A stretch of 63,998 bases of DNA, counting the filler, from Aduncisulcus paluster (lineage: Eukaryota), in the NCBI GenBank assembly GCA_024181965.1. It is 16 parts of 16 records of this genome, joined end to end, with 100 filler letters (N's around TTAATTAATTAA, not from the genome) between each part and the next. Parts side by side here need not be neighbours in the genome. Positions count along the whole stretch, not along the records: positions 34,677 to 36,686 come from BQXS01000098.1; positions 36,787 to 39,168 come from BQXS01000099.1; positions 39,269 to 43,234 come from BQXS01000100.1; positions 43,335 to 53,917 come from BQXS01000101.1; 12 more parts are not named here. One strand, given 5' to 3'. Made by a program: the position numbers and the translations under genes. Below the pieces are notes generated by a model, which did not search any database, was not told where the DNA came from, and saw only the letters and a list, made by a program, of their open reading frames with translations. Positions within the stretch are counted from its first letter, which is position 1. Each line of letters begins with the position of its first letter. Positions 35,466-47,644 of the stretch are shown here, in pieces.

Positions 35466-36034
35466 ATGATGATTGTGGGTAAAGAGATTATGAGTTTTGG
35501 AGGATATAGTGATATCTCACCAATGTACGTAGGTTCCTACCCTGTTGGTCATCCAGATCTAGCTGAAATTGATGGATCTATAGAGCATATGGGGATTATC
35601 ATCATGGTCATAATCATTCTAGTTTATTGCGATTCTTAAGAGGTGAAAGATACATCTATTTCTTTCCCAATTTACATCTCCCATTTATTACGCCACATTA
35701 TCTCGGTAAGTTTGTTGTAAGTCATCATAGTCGCCCATATGGAATCAAAGATTTCGATGCTACATTCACAACATCAGATGGCAAGAAGATTACAAAAGAA
35801 TATCAAATGGGAAAGATGCCTCCAGAGCATTATTTCTGGCAAGAGTTCCCGATAGATATTGATAATGTTATTTCTTGTGATATTCATGTTATATCATCAC
35901 TGGATGGAAAACAAGAAATGATTTATTTGTATGGCATCCGATTCGTGATTGACAAGAAGCAAGAGAAAATGAAAGCCGTCAAAGAGCATGGACCTACAAC
36001 AATTGAACGATTATCAATGCTTCCCTGGTTATAG
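35466..36034 (+). pseudogene. Lineage-expanded beta-sandwich (APC10/DOC-like) domain gene with 2-nt frameshift at about 35580
   Basis: Paralog 36424-36686 reads GSKAYG in frame; here tctATAGAgca shifts the frame. Homologous to the domain in 54807-55898. Confidence 0.7.
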
Positions 36035-36422
36035 CCGATTATTCATATCATCTTTACCACAAGGATTGAATACAACTTCTTTCCTGATAACAATCATATT
36101 GTATGAACCATCCCTTCCTGTCATGTCTTGAGATATGATGGATACCATGTGTATATTGTCACTTTCATGTTTATATCGCTGTATTGTCAATAATGTCAAC
36201 AATGTCTGAGTACGCCTTATTTGGAGAACAAATGTGTTTACAAAATAAATAATTTATTATCATGTATTCATATTAATAATGATAATAAACAACTATTTTG
36301 GATATTATTGTTCTGTTCCAAGACAATTATAAAAACGTGTTTTTCTTTGCAATTGGAAGGTTATTGGTGTTTATTATTTTATTTAATTTGATATTGGATA
36401 AACTATAGTTGTGTTATTGTTT

Positions 36423-36686
36423 ATGATGAGAATTATTGGCAAATGTATTCTGGATATTGGATCATATCGGGACTGTGACAAAGTGATTAAAGGCCCCTAC
36501 CCTGTGGGTCATCCAGATCTATCTGAAATTGATGGATCTAAAGCATATGGAAATTATCGTTATGGTCATAATCATTCTACTTTATTGCAATTCTTAAGAG
36601 GTAAAAAACACATCTTTTTCTATCCCAATTTACATCTCCCATTCATTTCATCTCATTATCTCAGTAAGTTTGTTGTAAGTCATCAT
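36423..36686 (+). CDS. Tandem paralog of the preceding gene (3' truncated)
   Basis: Shared YPVGHPDL.EIDGS...HNHS.LL.FLRG...PNLHLPFI. Confidence 0.8.
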
Positions 36687-36787
36687 NNNNNNNNNNNNNN
36701 NNNNNNNNNNNNNNNNNNNNNNNNNNNNNNTTAATTAATTAANNNNNNNNNNNNNNNNNNNNNNNNNNNNNNNNNNNNNNNNNNNNT

Positions 36788-37288
36788 ACTGCTGATGCTG
36801 GCCCCACGAGTGAGACGTTATCTGCTCTGATGAAATTTGTGGTACACCAGGTTGAAAAAGCGAGTAGAAGCTTAAATGAATGGCATAGAACCATGGGAGT
36901 GAAGCACCATGCTCCTGTTGTAAGACGCCAGACGCCATTTGTGAGTTCGAAGCCACATTATACCAGTAGTGGTCATTTGGAACAACAACCCCCTCCGAAG
37001 CCAACCACAAGTGCTGTTAAAGACCAAGTGTACACGCCAATGGAATTGAAGCCACGTTGTGTGTTCTGTGGACGCGCCAACCATTGGTGTTGGATGTGTA
37101 AAGATCAAGCTGGTAAAGGAAGAGGTTTGACGCCTCGTTTGCAAGTTACTGCTGATGAATGGAGACGATATGGATCTATTTTATTTCAACATCGTAATTA
37201 TACAGCGATGCAAGAGTTTGAAAAGTTTCAGAAGATGTGTGTTGCTACTGATGGTTACGCCATAGAGTTCCCTTTTTTGTTTTTGTGA
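36788..37288 (+). CDS. Gag-like protein C-terminus with CCHC zinc knuckle (5' truncated)
   Basis: CVFCGRANHWCWMC = C-x2-C-x4-H-x4-C; frame open from contig start. Confidence 0.65.
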   Translation, partial: TADAGPTSETLSALMKFVVHQVEKASRSLNEWHRTMGVKHHAPVVRRQTPFVSSKPHYTSSGHLEQQPPPKPTTSAVKDQVYTPMELKPRCVFCGRANHWCWMCKDQAGKGRGLTPRLQVTADEWRRYGSILFQHRNYTAMQEFEKFQKMCVATDGYAIEFPFLFL

Positions 37289-37520
37289 AATCTCGATAAT
37301 AACCAATAAAATTAATAAATAAATATCTCTAAATTAAATAATTAATAAATATTTTTTACTGACTCGGATTAATTGAGAACAAAAAGTCACTTTTTGAACT
37401 TTAAAGGTTTTGCTTCGAAAAATGTTTGCTTTCTCTGCGGTATTAAAATAATGAAGTGAAATTATTAGTCGGACATTATATATTTTACATTTTATCTTCC
37501 TTATTCTCTTCATAATTATT

Positions 37521-39071
37521 TTATTTATCTTCGTTATATTTTTTCATACAATTTAACATTAGGGTTTCGGTTGCTTGATGAGACCGATATTTAGAATTAT
37601 AACGGTGCACAATACTAAAAAACCTTTCGACTGCTGCACCACTAAATGGGATTGAACGGAAATAATCCCTTAATGGTACAAGATAATATAAATCCTTCTC
37701 AAAGATAATCTCTTCACCATTAACAAGCATGGCATGATACTGATCAAGTTGAGCCATTTGTTTCCTGTTAATTTCATATTTGCTTTGTTTTATATTTTGT
37801 TTTAGAGTTCTAAGGTCAAAATAATTGTCTTCGTCCCAATTCGTCTCATCGAGAGCAATTACGACATAATATAATTTTAAAGAGAATATCAAATGGTTAA
37901 ATGGTTCTTTGAATTCCGAAACTATTATTGGTGGAGTTTTTGTCCATTCAGTTTCCATCTTGATTGAGAACTTAGATATCGCATAATAGGCATCATAAGA
38001 TGGTTTTCTTAATTGAGAAGCTTCAAGGGCATTAATACAAATGGGAATGAAACTGTCAATCATAATCTCGTTGAACTGTTCATATTTTTCGTTTTCCAGA
38101 AATTCCAGAGCACTTGTACATTCATCAGATTTGGAAGCAAGCTTATTTAACACTGTCTTATATAATGTCCAGTTCTTACATATCATTAGATATGATTTGA
38201 GTAAAGAAGACCATCTAATAGGAGTGAATTGGATAATGGGTAATCCAAGACTTTTCGCGACGGATCTGTTTTCACGCTGATATTTTCCAAATACTCTGGT
38301 AATGTCATATAAAAATTCGGGTATTGCCGGAAAATAAAACTCAATGTAATGTTTTATAATTGAATTAAGAAGGTGTGACAGACAAGGTAGCCAAAAATCT
38401 CCACACAGATTATCATTTAATTCTTTACATACACGAACCATAAGTGGTTCTCGATCACTAATGATACACGATACATTGGTATTATTAATACCAATTTCTT
38501 TAAACTCGGCAAATAAACTCTTAAATAACGTTTCATGAGGGGGTGGAAGAATTCTCTTAATCCTATCTTGAGACCACGCTAATGAGTCTTTTAAATTTGA
38601 GACTAGTGCAGAAAACGTTAGATTTTTGTATTTTGAGGTAGATGAGAAACTAACTCCATACCTAGGTGGAACAAATTTATCATTTTCATATTCCATTGAA
38701 ATTTTCATTTCATTTTGTAACACTTTAAGAAATAATTCATCTTTTAGCTGGCCAACATTCACATAACCAACCGCATAGGTCCCAAAACAATTATGTAAAA
38801 TAATAGAAAGAACCGATTTATCGTGGGACACAGTCTTATCTAAAATCAATGAATACGGTGGTCGTAGTGCAACTTTTCGAGCCTTAATTAAGGATTTATA
38901 CCTTTCTTCTTTTGAAATACAATATAATGTTGTTTTGCAAAGAGGAACCACGCTTGGAAGATCCCTAATTTTTTCTTGCATCTCGATAGTTAGAAACTCA
39001 CAAATCGTACATATAGGAATTCCGCAAAGTAATGGCCGATTTACAACAAATTGTGGTATCCTTGCAGGTTC
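37521..39071 (-). mobile_element. hAT-superfamily DDE transposase
   Basis: LILDKT (D1), IISDREP (D2), WLPCLSHLLN (CxxH), TPIRWSS, SGAAVERFFS (E, dimerisation domain); frame open upstream to 39071. Confidence 0.88.
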
Positions 39072-39364
39072 TCAGAGGATCTATTTATAGAACCGACTAT
39101 GATGTGTTCGTTTATTAATAAATTGTACGTAAGCTTTATCGCATTCGACCATAAATTGATCAATTTTANNNNNNNNNNNNNNNNNNNNNNNNNNNNNNNN
39201 NNNNNNNNNNNNTTAATTAATTAANNNNNNNNNNNNNNNNNNNNNNNNNNNNNNNNNNNNNNNNNNNNAGAAACAAAAACAAACAGCTAAGAGGACGTGG
39301 GTCTAGAACAGTTATCAATGACAATCAATAAGTTACACCAACGACCTTCTTATCGACCTTCTTT

Positions 39365-39829
39365 TCACCCTTCTCTTCCAACACGATAAGCTACAATGCG
39401 TTCCTTGCCAAGAGCGCTAATAACAGTACACAACAGTTCCTCAGAATCTTCGTTGAGAGCTGAGAAAGCAGCACGGAGGTCCTCGCCGAGTTTGCCATGA
39501 GGAGCGTCAAGATCTTCGCGGAAAGAGCCATCCGTTCCCATGAGAATGAGATTATCGCTGTCATCCTCGATGTCTACGAGACTGAGCTCTTGACGTTCGA
39601 TGACAGGAACATCGACAGAATGGCTTGTGGAGTAAATATCCTCACGCTTGGCAGACCCAAAGAGGTCGACACCAGTAACACGAGCCTTGGCATGCCCATG
39701 CTTTCCAGTCTTATGAATTGTGATCTTAACGATCTTACAGGGGTTCCCGTCAATCATGACATAGCCTCCTTTACGGAGTTGGCCAGCAGCAACGGGATAG
39801 GTAAAGCTTCCATTAACTTGTCCTTCCAT
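39365..39829 (-). CDS. eIF5A: Eukaryotic translation initiation/elongation factor 5A
   Basis: TYP...LRKGGYVMIDGNPCKIV...KTGKHGHAK hypusine loop, full-length. Confidence 0.97.
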   Translation of the reverse strand: MEGQVNGSFTYPVAAGQLRKGGYVMIDGNPCKIVKITIHKTGKHGHAKARVTGVDLFGSAKREDIYSTSHSVDVPVIERQELSLVDIEDDSDNLILMGTDGSFREDLDAPHGKLGEDLRAAFSALNEDSEELLCTVISALGKERIVAYRVGREG

Positions 39830-41361
39830 CACATATATGTGGATTGAAGTCGTATCAACGAAGAGAAAACTTCATGTTGCGAGGCTGGTTGAGATGAAGG
39901 GGGTCGAATAAACTTGTCATCTTCAGAATAATATGTATCTGAATAAGGAAGGAAAATGGATTGGTTGGTAGAATGCTGAACAATTCGAAAAAGAATGATT
40001 AAAAGTGATGGCCATAAATGCGTAGTGTTTGGGTTATATGTTATATATGTTATAAATATATGATTGTAGAAAGATCATTGAAAAGCTCAAAACTTCGATA
40101 AAAGTGGAAAGAATGGATAAAAGAACTCTTCAAGAAAGTAATAGAATATAGGAAACGGATGTAACATATGTAAAATGAAACAATTAATCCCACAGTGGGA
40201 TTAACGGGACAAATCATAAATATTCAATTCTAGGACGTATATGTTCAATAATTCAGTTCAAAAAGACAAATAATCATCCATAATATGATTATAGTATCTG
40301 TATTAATGACATTGAAGGAACATAACAATTTGATTTCGACAGAAAAACGTATTTTCTTTTCATGACTTTTTTTTTGGAATCCTATTTCTCGTTCCCCTTC
40401 ATGTTACAAGGGGTGTGGATTTTAATTTTTTGATCATATCTTAAGAATGTACTATTATTTGATTCGTTTGTATATTTTTATTCGTAATAGCCCCCTTGAA
40501 CATAAAGAAACAATGATTGTTTCTCTCCCATTTGAATTAAGAAATTAGAAGTAAACCAACATAGAAAATGGAACAAATGGATAAGATTGATTGCAGTGTC
40601 AAATATGTGACTCATTGATAACATGTATCAAGAGTAGGAAATGTTTCTGAACAAAGTCACATTCAGATATATTGATAATGGAGTATAATATGATATTCCA
40701 TTCCAATATTATATACTACCGCAGCATTTAAAGAGCAAATAATGTTAACATATTAGATGGATAGCTTCCAAAACAGATGATTCGGTGATTTAGTTTTTAG
40801 ATTCTCGTGTAAACAGAGTTGTTCGCATTTTAATTGGAATATCCAATGTATATCTCTATCTTAACTCCACGAATCCCCATCTATACCTCTGGCAATGATC
40901 TTTATCAGCACAAAAAAAATGTTTTGCCTTTTTTGTTACAGTCTTAACACACTTCTTTTCTCTATTTTTCTTCAATTAATCTCATGTCAAGTGTTGTTGT
41001 TAAATCGGGGTATATCATCAAACAGGGTGGAACGATTAAGTCGTGGAAACAACGATTCATGATTCTGACTTCTTGTGGTACTATCCGGTATTTTGAGTCT
41101 CCATCTTCGCTTGCTCCAAAGAATGGATTTGATATNNNNNNNNNNNNNNNNNNNNTGATTCGGTGATTTAGTTTTTAGATTCTCGTGTAAACAGAGTTGT
41201 TCGCATTTTAATTGGAATATCCAATGTATATCTCTATCTTAACTCCACGAATCCCCATCTATACCTCTGGCAATGATCTTTATCAGCACAAAAAAAATGT
41301 TTTGCCTTTTTTGTTACAGTCTTAACACACTTCTTTTCTCTATTTTTCTTCAATTAATCTC

Positions 41362-41685
41362 ATGTCAAGTGTTGTTGTTAAATCGGGGTATATCATCAAA
41401 CAGGGTGGAACGATTAAGTCGTGGAAACAACGATTCATGATTCTGACTTCTTGTGGTACTATCCGGTATTTTGAGTCTCCATCTTCGCTTGCTCCAAAGA
41501 ATGGATTTGATATTCGTGATATCAACGATGTAGAGCTTGTTGAGAGTGGGGTTGGGCATGGCCCTGGTCTTATCTTGCACATGGACAAACGAGCCTTTAA
41601 GATCAAGACTTTTTCGGCTGAGGATGCATCAAAGTGGCATAAAGCATTTGTTGCGGTCAAAGAATCCATTACTTCAAAACCATAA
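41362..41685 (+). CDS. Single PH-domain protein (40984-41135 is a gap-flank duplicate)
   Basis: KSGYIIKQGGTIKSWKQRFMIL...YFE...SAEDASKWHKAF. Confidence 0.92.
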   Translation: MSSVVVKSGYIIKQGGTIKSWKQRFMILTSCGTIRYFESPSSLAPKNGFDIRDINDVELVESGVGHGPGLILHMDKRAFKIKTFSAEDASKWHKAFVAVKESITSKP

Positions 41686-42373
41686 AAGTTTGTTTACAGT
41701 GTAAACACTCTTGTTTATTCGTCGATCTCTAAATGATCTTTTGTATTGATTGCCACTCATATTATTGTGGAAGACTGGAATATAATTCACAACCTGCTCC
41801 AAATAGTTAATATATTTTAGAATTTCTGTTGACAAGAATCCATTGTTAGGTCATTTAGGTTAGGTTAAAATCTTTATTCTTTAGATTTCCTCATTATATT
41901 GTTTTTGCGATTCCTTGTGTGAAATGTATTTGCAATATACAATATTCACTTATTACGTGTGCTTAATGGCATTTTTCGATTTATGATTCGATAATACGAC
42001 AAAATTGTGAATCTGAGTGGACTCTGTGATTGATATTTATTGATTCCAATAATCGTTATCATTAATAGCAATTCTCTTCTTTTCAACCTTGACCATTGAA
42101 AAAGAAGTATCTCTCAAGTCCATTCATGCCCAAACAAAACACAAAAACATTACTGGTGTTAAATATAACCATTCTGTGTCTAATAAAACACTTCAACTGT
42201 CCTTTCTCATGTTCTTCTTTCTCAAAATGGCAACTAATACGTTTTAAATAGATCCATTTCAGACTTAGAACAATGACGTTTTCAAAACGTTTTTTGAACT
42301 TCAAAGGAAAGAACCATTTGAAATGGTTCTTTCCTCGTAATCTATCCAAGGAGCCATCATTTATAACTGTTAT

Positions 42374-43234
42374 ATGGATTTAGATGTTCCAACTGTGAAT
42401 GAATTTCTTGAAGATCCATCGGTTCTACGTGATGTTGTTGTTGTTGTTCCGACGAATGGTGAAAGGCAGCGAGCGGTGGCTGACGTGGTGATAGGGTGCC
42501 CATATCAGTCACAAACCAAACGGAAACCGAGGAGAGACCCGAGCCACAAAACCCAGAAAGCTGATACATTCCTGAACTCACTGGAGAGAAAAAAGATCAT
42601 TAAATATGGTCGATCAAGAGCAGCAGTCTTGACCAGGAGACAGAGAGAAAGGCAGGCTCAAGAAAGTCAGACCCAAGGTGAACAGAGCCAGAGTACCGAA
42701 CCGACCGTACAAAGACAGGATAATAATGATATTATTCTGCCAAATCCGAACATTACTGAAGTCGCTTCAGTGACCACTTCTGCCACCGATCCTGGTCAAA
42801 GGGATCAAAATGATGAGAGTGATATATCTCAGAAGGGAGAAAGTGAACCACAAGCCCAACAAATAAGTGAAGGGCAGAACGACGACCAGGCAGACTCGGT
42901 GACCCTTGAATCAATTGACTCTATGAGGAGGAGCGTAGCTATACAATACTTCGGAGTAATTCCGGTTGCTATCTCAACCCATGGAGCCATTGGTCAAGGA
43001 TTATCAGACCTGTTGAAAGAATTTCGCAGAAGAGACGTGACTGCAACAAGTGAAGTGGATTCATTTTCCGGAGACACTTCCAGCGAAGATAGCACGGTTT
43101 CTGAAAAATCCCTCTTCCAAACCTCATTCTGGAGACTTGCTCGCCTTGGCGCAGCATTGGCGAAAGGATATGGTTACTGTTTCTCCAAGTATTTGGCGAA
43201 GCTGGATCTAATGAGGAATCCCAGATGTGAAATA
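42374..43234 (+). mobile_element. Restriction-like endonuclease (RLE) C-terminus of a CRE-like non-LTR retrotransposon, with long polar inserts
   Basis: RDVVV...ADVVIGCP...ERKKIIKYG...VIPVAISTHGAIG...LARLGAALAKG. Confidence 0.6.
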
Positions 43235-43334
43235 NNNNNNNNNNNNNNNNNNNNNNNNNNNNNNNNNNNNNNNNNNNNTTAATTAATTAANNNNNNNNNN
43301 NNNNNNNNNNNNNNNNNNNNNNNNNNNNNNNNNN

Positions 43335-46300
43335 GTTTCTTGATCACCGAAGATGTTCCTCAATGGTCTCGTGTGGAGTCTGTGGGAAAGTCAACAAGAA
43401 GGACGCCCGAAGAGACACCTTTGGGAAATGTGTGTGTGAAGAACGGGAATGGGTCAAAACATTGGCTTCTCTTTGTAAGGAAACAGTTGCAATGAAGGAA
43501 GAAGAAGAGACGGAGAAGAGAGAGAAGAGAGAGAAGAGACGGGAACAACGGTTGAAACGATCTGAAGATCCTTCCTCATTGTCGGCTGAACCGGTCATGA
43601 CGGTTGAAAAACGAGAGAGATTGAAACAAGAAGCCACAATCAAGAAGAACAAACGAGTGGCCATGCTTATTTCGAATACACAGTTGTCAATGGCTTATCT
43701 ATCCACCCACGCTTTTTCTAACTCCATGGATGGAGGTTCTCCTTCTTCGATGGAAATCACACCTGATGAACTATTTTTAGAATGTGCTCTTGGATCTATT
43801 TTTAGACTTGAGCAAAGTACTCAAACTGGATTATGTTCCTTTTTATTCCCTCTTTCCTGCTCTTCCCTTCTTCGCAGTCATTGTGTCTGGCCTTCTCTTT
43901 GTCATTTACAAAAGGATACCTCCTTAACCGATGATCAAGATGTGGAGCATTCCACTGCCTTCCGATCTCTCTCGCTCTCCTTGACGCTATCTCGTGTGAT
44001 TTTATCCCTAATTGGTGCTTCCTCACTTCGCCTTCCATTCACCTTTGTGTCGATCTCTCCGAGTGAGAAAGAGTGTATTCGAATGAGTGAGTGTTTGTAT
44101 AGCGTTGCTGCTGTGTGTGTTTGGGAAGGCTTACTTAGGTCATGCAGATCACACATCTTCCAGAAAGAACACAGTCGCAAAGTGGGAGTATTTAAGGTTG
44201 TAATGGATGAGATGAGTCAAAGGTCACAGGCTCAGAGATTCTTACATTTGTGTGCTGCCATATCGCCCTTGTTATCTGTGTCTTTTCCTCTAGCGTTCAA
44301 ACCCGCGGCCTTCTTCGCTAGATCAGTTTCCCTGCTCTTCTCTTCTCTATTCCACACTCATATGCGTATTTACATCTGTAAAGGCACATCGGGTCGAGTG
44401 AACTATCCTCTCTTACCTCTTCCATCAACCCTGGCTCTGTTCGGATCTTTGTTCAACTCTATGTGTCTGTCCATGTGCGGTAAACACGTGTGGGGTGCCC
44501 GTGAAGAGAAGGAAATATGGGTTGGTATTTCAAGAGCTTGGATCACCTGTGCTGCAGGTTGCATCTGTGGAATGTGGTCTGAGAAACAATCCTCAGATGG
44601 ATGTTCGTGTAAATTGCCCTGGATCGGTAATAATAACTCAAAGGGGATATGCAATGTTTGTGGTATGAAGATGAAATACAGATCGGCATCTGCATTGTCA
44701 GCTTCAAATCCAAGCGATGGCCATGGTTCAAATTCCAACTTGGGATACATTTCTGTGTGTTCATACCCCGTTATGGTAAAGGGGAATGTTTCTCAGGGTT
44801 CTATTTATGGAATAGAGTGTGGTGGCAGTGGTGAGAAGTGGGCAGCGTGGGCTCTTGGTGGCGAATCTATGTTTCAGCCAATTGTGTTTTCTTCCCGTGG
44901 TATGGATTTATTCCCTTCCCTTGCCCTCCTTGGTTCATTGAATGAATGCTGTTGTGAGAAGGAAAAGGGAATATTAACAGAAGTTCAATCCAAGATGAGA
45001 ATGTTCAGGTCTATAATTAGAGAGAGTCTGGATAGTTTGCCACCAAGACCAACAACAAGCTCCAAGCATCATCATAAAGGTGATCATTCTTTTTCTTCGG
45101 AGATCTCTGAAGAGTCGAGGATAATCAAACAATTGTTCCACCTCTCTCCTGCTTCACTCTCTTCTTTGACATACATGGACCTCATCTCTCTTGTAACCTC
45201 ACCGAACTCCATCATCCCCCCCCATTTGCACCATCATTTCTCTCTTTTATTCTCTCCCTTGCTCTCATTGGTGCATAAATCCTCACATTTGGCCAGGTCT
45301 ATTCCAAGAGAGTTGGAAGTCGGGAATCTGTCTTCTCTTGCTTCACTCTGCTCCAAGCATCATCATAAAGGTGATCATTCTTTTTCTTCGGAGATCTCTG
45401 AAGAGTCGAGGATAATCAAACAATTGTTCCACCTCTCTCCTGCTTCACTCTCTTCTTTGACATACATGGACCTCATCTCTCTTGTAACCTCACCGAACTC
45501 CATCATCCCCCCCCATTTGCACCATCATTTCTGTTGTGAGAAGGAAAAGGGAATATTAACAGAAGTTCAATCCAAGATGAGAATGTTCAGGTCTATAATT
45601 AGAGAGAGTCTGGATAGTTTGCCACCAAGACCAACAACAAGCTCCAAGCATCATCATAAAGGTGATCATTCTTTTTCTTCGGAGATCTCTGAAGAGTCGA
45701 GGATAATCAAACAATTGTTCCACCTCTCTCCTGCTTCACTCTCTTCTTTGACATACATGGACCTCATCTCTCTTGTAACCTCACCGAACTCCATCATCCC
45801 CCCCCATTTGCACCATCATTTCTCTCTTTTATTCTCTCCCTTGCTCTCATTGGTGCATAAATCCTCACATTTGGCCAGGTCTATTCCAAGAGAGTTGGAA
45901 GTCGGGAATCTGTCTTCTCTTGCTTCACTCTTATCTCACTCTTCGGCTGGCTCTGTGACATCCCATGTCTTCTCTCCCTCTTTCTCCAGCCAAGGGGAAG
46001 ATATGGGTCCAAATTCTATCATTTCTCATGATGAAATGCAACGTGTGGCCGGTATTTGTGAGATATTGGGATTATTTGTGAATGTTTCTCATGTTATTGG
46101 CATCTCAGATATCGTGAAAGCCTGTGAAAGTGAGTATTTTGTCCATAAGTTTACTCATGAATCTATTTTTAGAGATGCTTCCTCCATGAAGGGTCAGAGT
46201 GAGGATTGGATTGTTGAGTGGGTCAGAAGAGAGTCGATACGAAGAGAAATTCAGAAGACTGTGACACATGATTCTTCTGCTATGGAACAACATGAAGAAG

Positions 46301-46941
46301 AAGAAGAATATGTACCTCCATTGCCTTCATTTATATACATTCCTGACTCATCTTTCTTCTCAGAACTTAAGAATATACCAATTGTTCCTTCCAGATTTCT
46401 TGATGACTCTCCCGAGGCTTCAAGCAGTGTTGTTGACACCTCATCTCTCTCTCCTCTTCTTCCTTCTTCTTTCTTACATACAGAGTCATCCTTGGGTGCT
46501 TTCTTCGGTGTGGTATCCCTCCACCCCTATTTAAGTCTTGGAATATCATCTGAGATGGTGCTAGATATGTGTTCCGGTAAATTTAATCCCATTTCCCATC
46601 ACAAGAGTAGTAGAGCTCGTATGAAAGATATGGGAGTTCAATACTCTCCATCCGCTATTATATCCGACATATTACTTGGGCTAACTAAGTATTTCTGTTC
46701 TGATAAGGGTTTATATGCCTTTAATATTGTTAATTCAATTGGGTCACACTCACACCTTGGTATCAAGACATCTCATCACCACCAAGACATGACGTGTTGT
46801 CACGTCTGTGGTTGTCACTCTGTTAAGGGATCTACCTGTCTTTGTGGCTTTGATTGTGTGAAGAGAGCCATTAGAATAACTGATGGACTCAAACGAGGCA
46901 TTCAGGCCATGGATAATGGTCTTTTGGATAAACTTCGCTGA
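43335..46941 (+). CDS. Hypothetical Cys/Ser-rich protein (5' truncated), containing exact internal duplications
   Basis: 1192-aa ORF; CxxC pairs at both ends. Confidence 0.7.
44948..45930. repeat. Exact in-frame duplication/triplication within the CDS
   Basis: 44948-45348 repeated at 45531-45930, with a partial copy at 45350-45531, apparently without mismatches. Confidence 0.85.
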
Positions 46942-47644
46942 GAGGAATTGACAAAATAATTATTTCTAGAACTTCTTTTGTTTGTTGTACAAATATTATT
47001 ACTTTGGATTATATTTATTTTTATTATTATTGATATCTCATGAACTATTTTTCTACACACATATTCCGTTAACTCAATATAAACAATTATGTTATCTATT
47101 AAATTTAAATTCTCAGAATATCCATTTATATCGAAATGAAAGATAACCATCCTATCTGTTTCACTTTTTCTTTCTCTCTACCATTTTTCTACTGTTTCCG
47201 TTAATAAATGCTGAGATATTGACTTCATATTCATGATTTATCCCAGAATTATAGCTATATTATACTATACTATACATGCTCAAAGTCACTTGACTGCCAG
47301 AAGTGACTTTACTTAGTAATTCGGCAAAGCAAAATTACTGGAATCGGCTATAATGTATACATTGAACAATATTACTGAAATTTGATTATTTCATGTTGTT
47401 AAACAAACAAATTTTGAATATTTTAAGAGGGAAAATAATGCGAAAGCAGAGAAAATATCAGAAAAATCTTTGACTTGAAATTTAAAGAGAATCTTGTGTA
47501 ATATCAAATATATTAAATATTTCCTGCTGACTTTAAGCAGAAAATGAAATCCATATGGGGAATTATTGCGGTGATTCGCGAGTAAAGATAGAAACTGTCG
47601 TTTTTGGATGAGGCCAATTGCTTAGCAATTTTATTAATTTAAAT

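Noticed and set aside
37290-37520. Possible terminal inverted repeat of the hAT element
   Set aside because: No matching inverted sequence could be identified at the other end within the contig
44948-45930. Apparent tandem domain amplification in the 1192-aa ORF
   Set aside because: Copies appear identical with abrupt junctions, and the same scaffold has other misjoins; most likely an assembly artefact unless long reads confirm it
47556-47612. MGNYCG... Arf-like myristoylation start upstream of the 47645 gene
   Set aside because: Stops after 18 codons, and I found no convincing splice linking it to the downstream gene
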